Shown: positions 6,111 through 6,571 of the stretch, one piece after another
Numbering within the stretch: position 1 is the first letter of the stretch
How the letters are laid out: every line of letters starts with the position of its first letter
From: a virus
Taxonomy: Duplodnaviria; Heunggongvirae; Uroviricota; Caudoviricetes
IMG/VR virus record: IMGVR_UViG_2563366935_000003
Direction: 5' to 3' (one strand)
DNA length: 6,571 nucleotides
The notes under the pieces: generated by a model
Seen by the model: only the letters and a program-made list of their open reading frames with translations
The model's database searches: none
What the model was told of the DNA's origin: nothing
Translations under genes and position numbers: made by a program

Positions 6111-6354
6111 GTAAATTGTCCATTTTTTGAGCATATTCATGGTAATTTGTGATGGTTATCACACGGCCTTTTTGCTTCTCTCCATCAATGGAGATCATCC
6201 CCTCTTTCACAAAAACCTGAAGCATCCGCTCAACCTGATCACGGCTTGCTGGCTTGCCATGTCTGTCGCATAACTGAAGACCTAAATCAGCTGCTGTCAC
6301 AACCAGTTGACCGGGTTGCAGATGCCATTCATGACCTTTGAAATTCGCTTTGTA

Positions 6355-6571
6355 TGAACCGCCCCGGGTTTCCTGGAGAGTGTTTTATCTGTGAACTCAG
6401 GCTGCCAGATCATCGTTTCCGATGGAAGCATAATAAGCTTTTTCTGCTTCTGCCGGAGGAGTATGGCCCAGCCTTTCCAGCAATCGTCGATTGTTATACC
6501 AGTCCACCCACGTGAGTGTGGCCAGTTCCACTTCTGCACGGTTTTTCCAGCTCTTACGGTGTATTACCTCC
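6355..6571 (-). mobile_element. IS629 3'-terminal fragment in inverted orientation, truncated by the window edge
   Basis: 6355-6571 is the exact reverse complement of 4219-4435 of the complete copy; the terminal IR begins at 6355 (TGAACCGCCCCGGGTTTCC...). Confidence 0.9.
6397..6571 (-). CDS. IS629 transposase OrfB, C-terminal fragment (minus strand, partial at window end)
   Basis: Reverse complement is identical to the 3' end of OrfB; stop codon is at 6397-6399 on the minus strand. Confidence 0.85.
   Translation of the reverse strand, partial: EVIHRKSWKNRAEVELATLTWVDWYNNRRLLERLGHTPPAEAEKAYYASIGNDDLAA

Larger units (their letters stand above)
5590..6354 (-). pseudogene. Lambda O-like phage replication initiator, 5'-truncated by the inverted IS629 copy; contains the origin iterons within its coding sequence
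   Basis: Frame is open from the IS boundary (6354) to the stop at 5590-5592, with no plausible RBS or start (only a GTG at 6300 lacking SD). The N-terminal part resembles a winged-helix DNA-binding domain, followed by a repeat-encoded low-complexity linker (AHEAAQTTAH twice) and a C-terminal domain. Stop overlaps the helicase start (ATGA), indicating translational coupling. Confidence 0.6.

Noticed and set aside
5955-6140. 61-aa minus-strand ORF with the striking repetitive translation MKPHKQPHMMPHMMKP...
   Set aside because: It is the out-of-frame reading of the iteron array inside the initiator gene; the repetition comes from the DNA repeats, not from a real His/Pro-rich protein.

Overview
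This window looks like a scrambled fragment of a lambdoid (P22-like) cryptic prophage, cut into two blocks by three identical IS629 copies (IS3 family). Copies: 1-95 (3' end, + strand, window-truncated), 3126-4435 (complete 1310 bp, + strand) and 6355-6571 (3' end, inverted, window-truncated). Block A (96-3125) holds an immI-like regulatory locus: an Arc-like and a Mnt-like ribbon-helix-helix gene, divergently transcribed around an intergenic region with a perfect 11-bp inverted repeat. The Mnt-like gene is translationally coupled to a short ClpP-family serine protease paralog. After a bidirectional terminator comes a convergent two-gene operon (188-aa unknown protein plus a YafO-family toxin-like protein), then a small polytopic membrane protein. 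Block B (4436-6354) is a phage replication module on the minus strand: an O-like initiator with iteron repeats and an AT-rich stretch inside its coding sequence, coupled by an ATGA overlap to a DnaB-like helicase. Both genes are truncated by the flanking IS629 copies (initiator 5' end, helicase 3' end). The most interesting candidates for undescribed biology are the Mnt-like/ClpP-like operon and the YafO-like toxin with a non-canonical partner. All family assignments are from reading the translations and recalled sequences, not from a database search.
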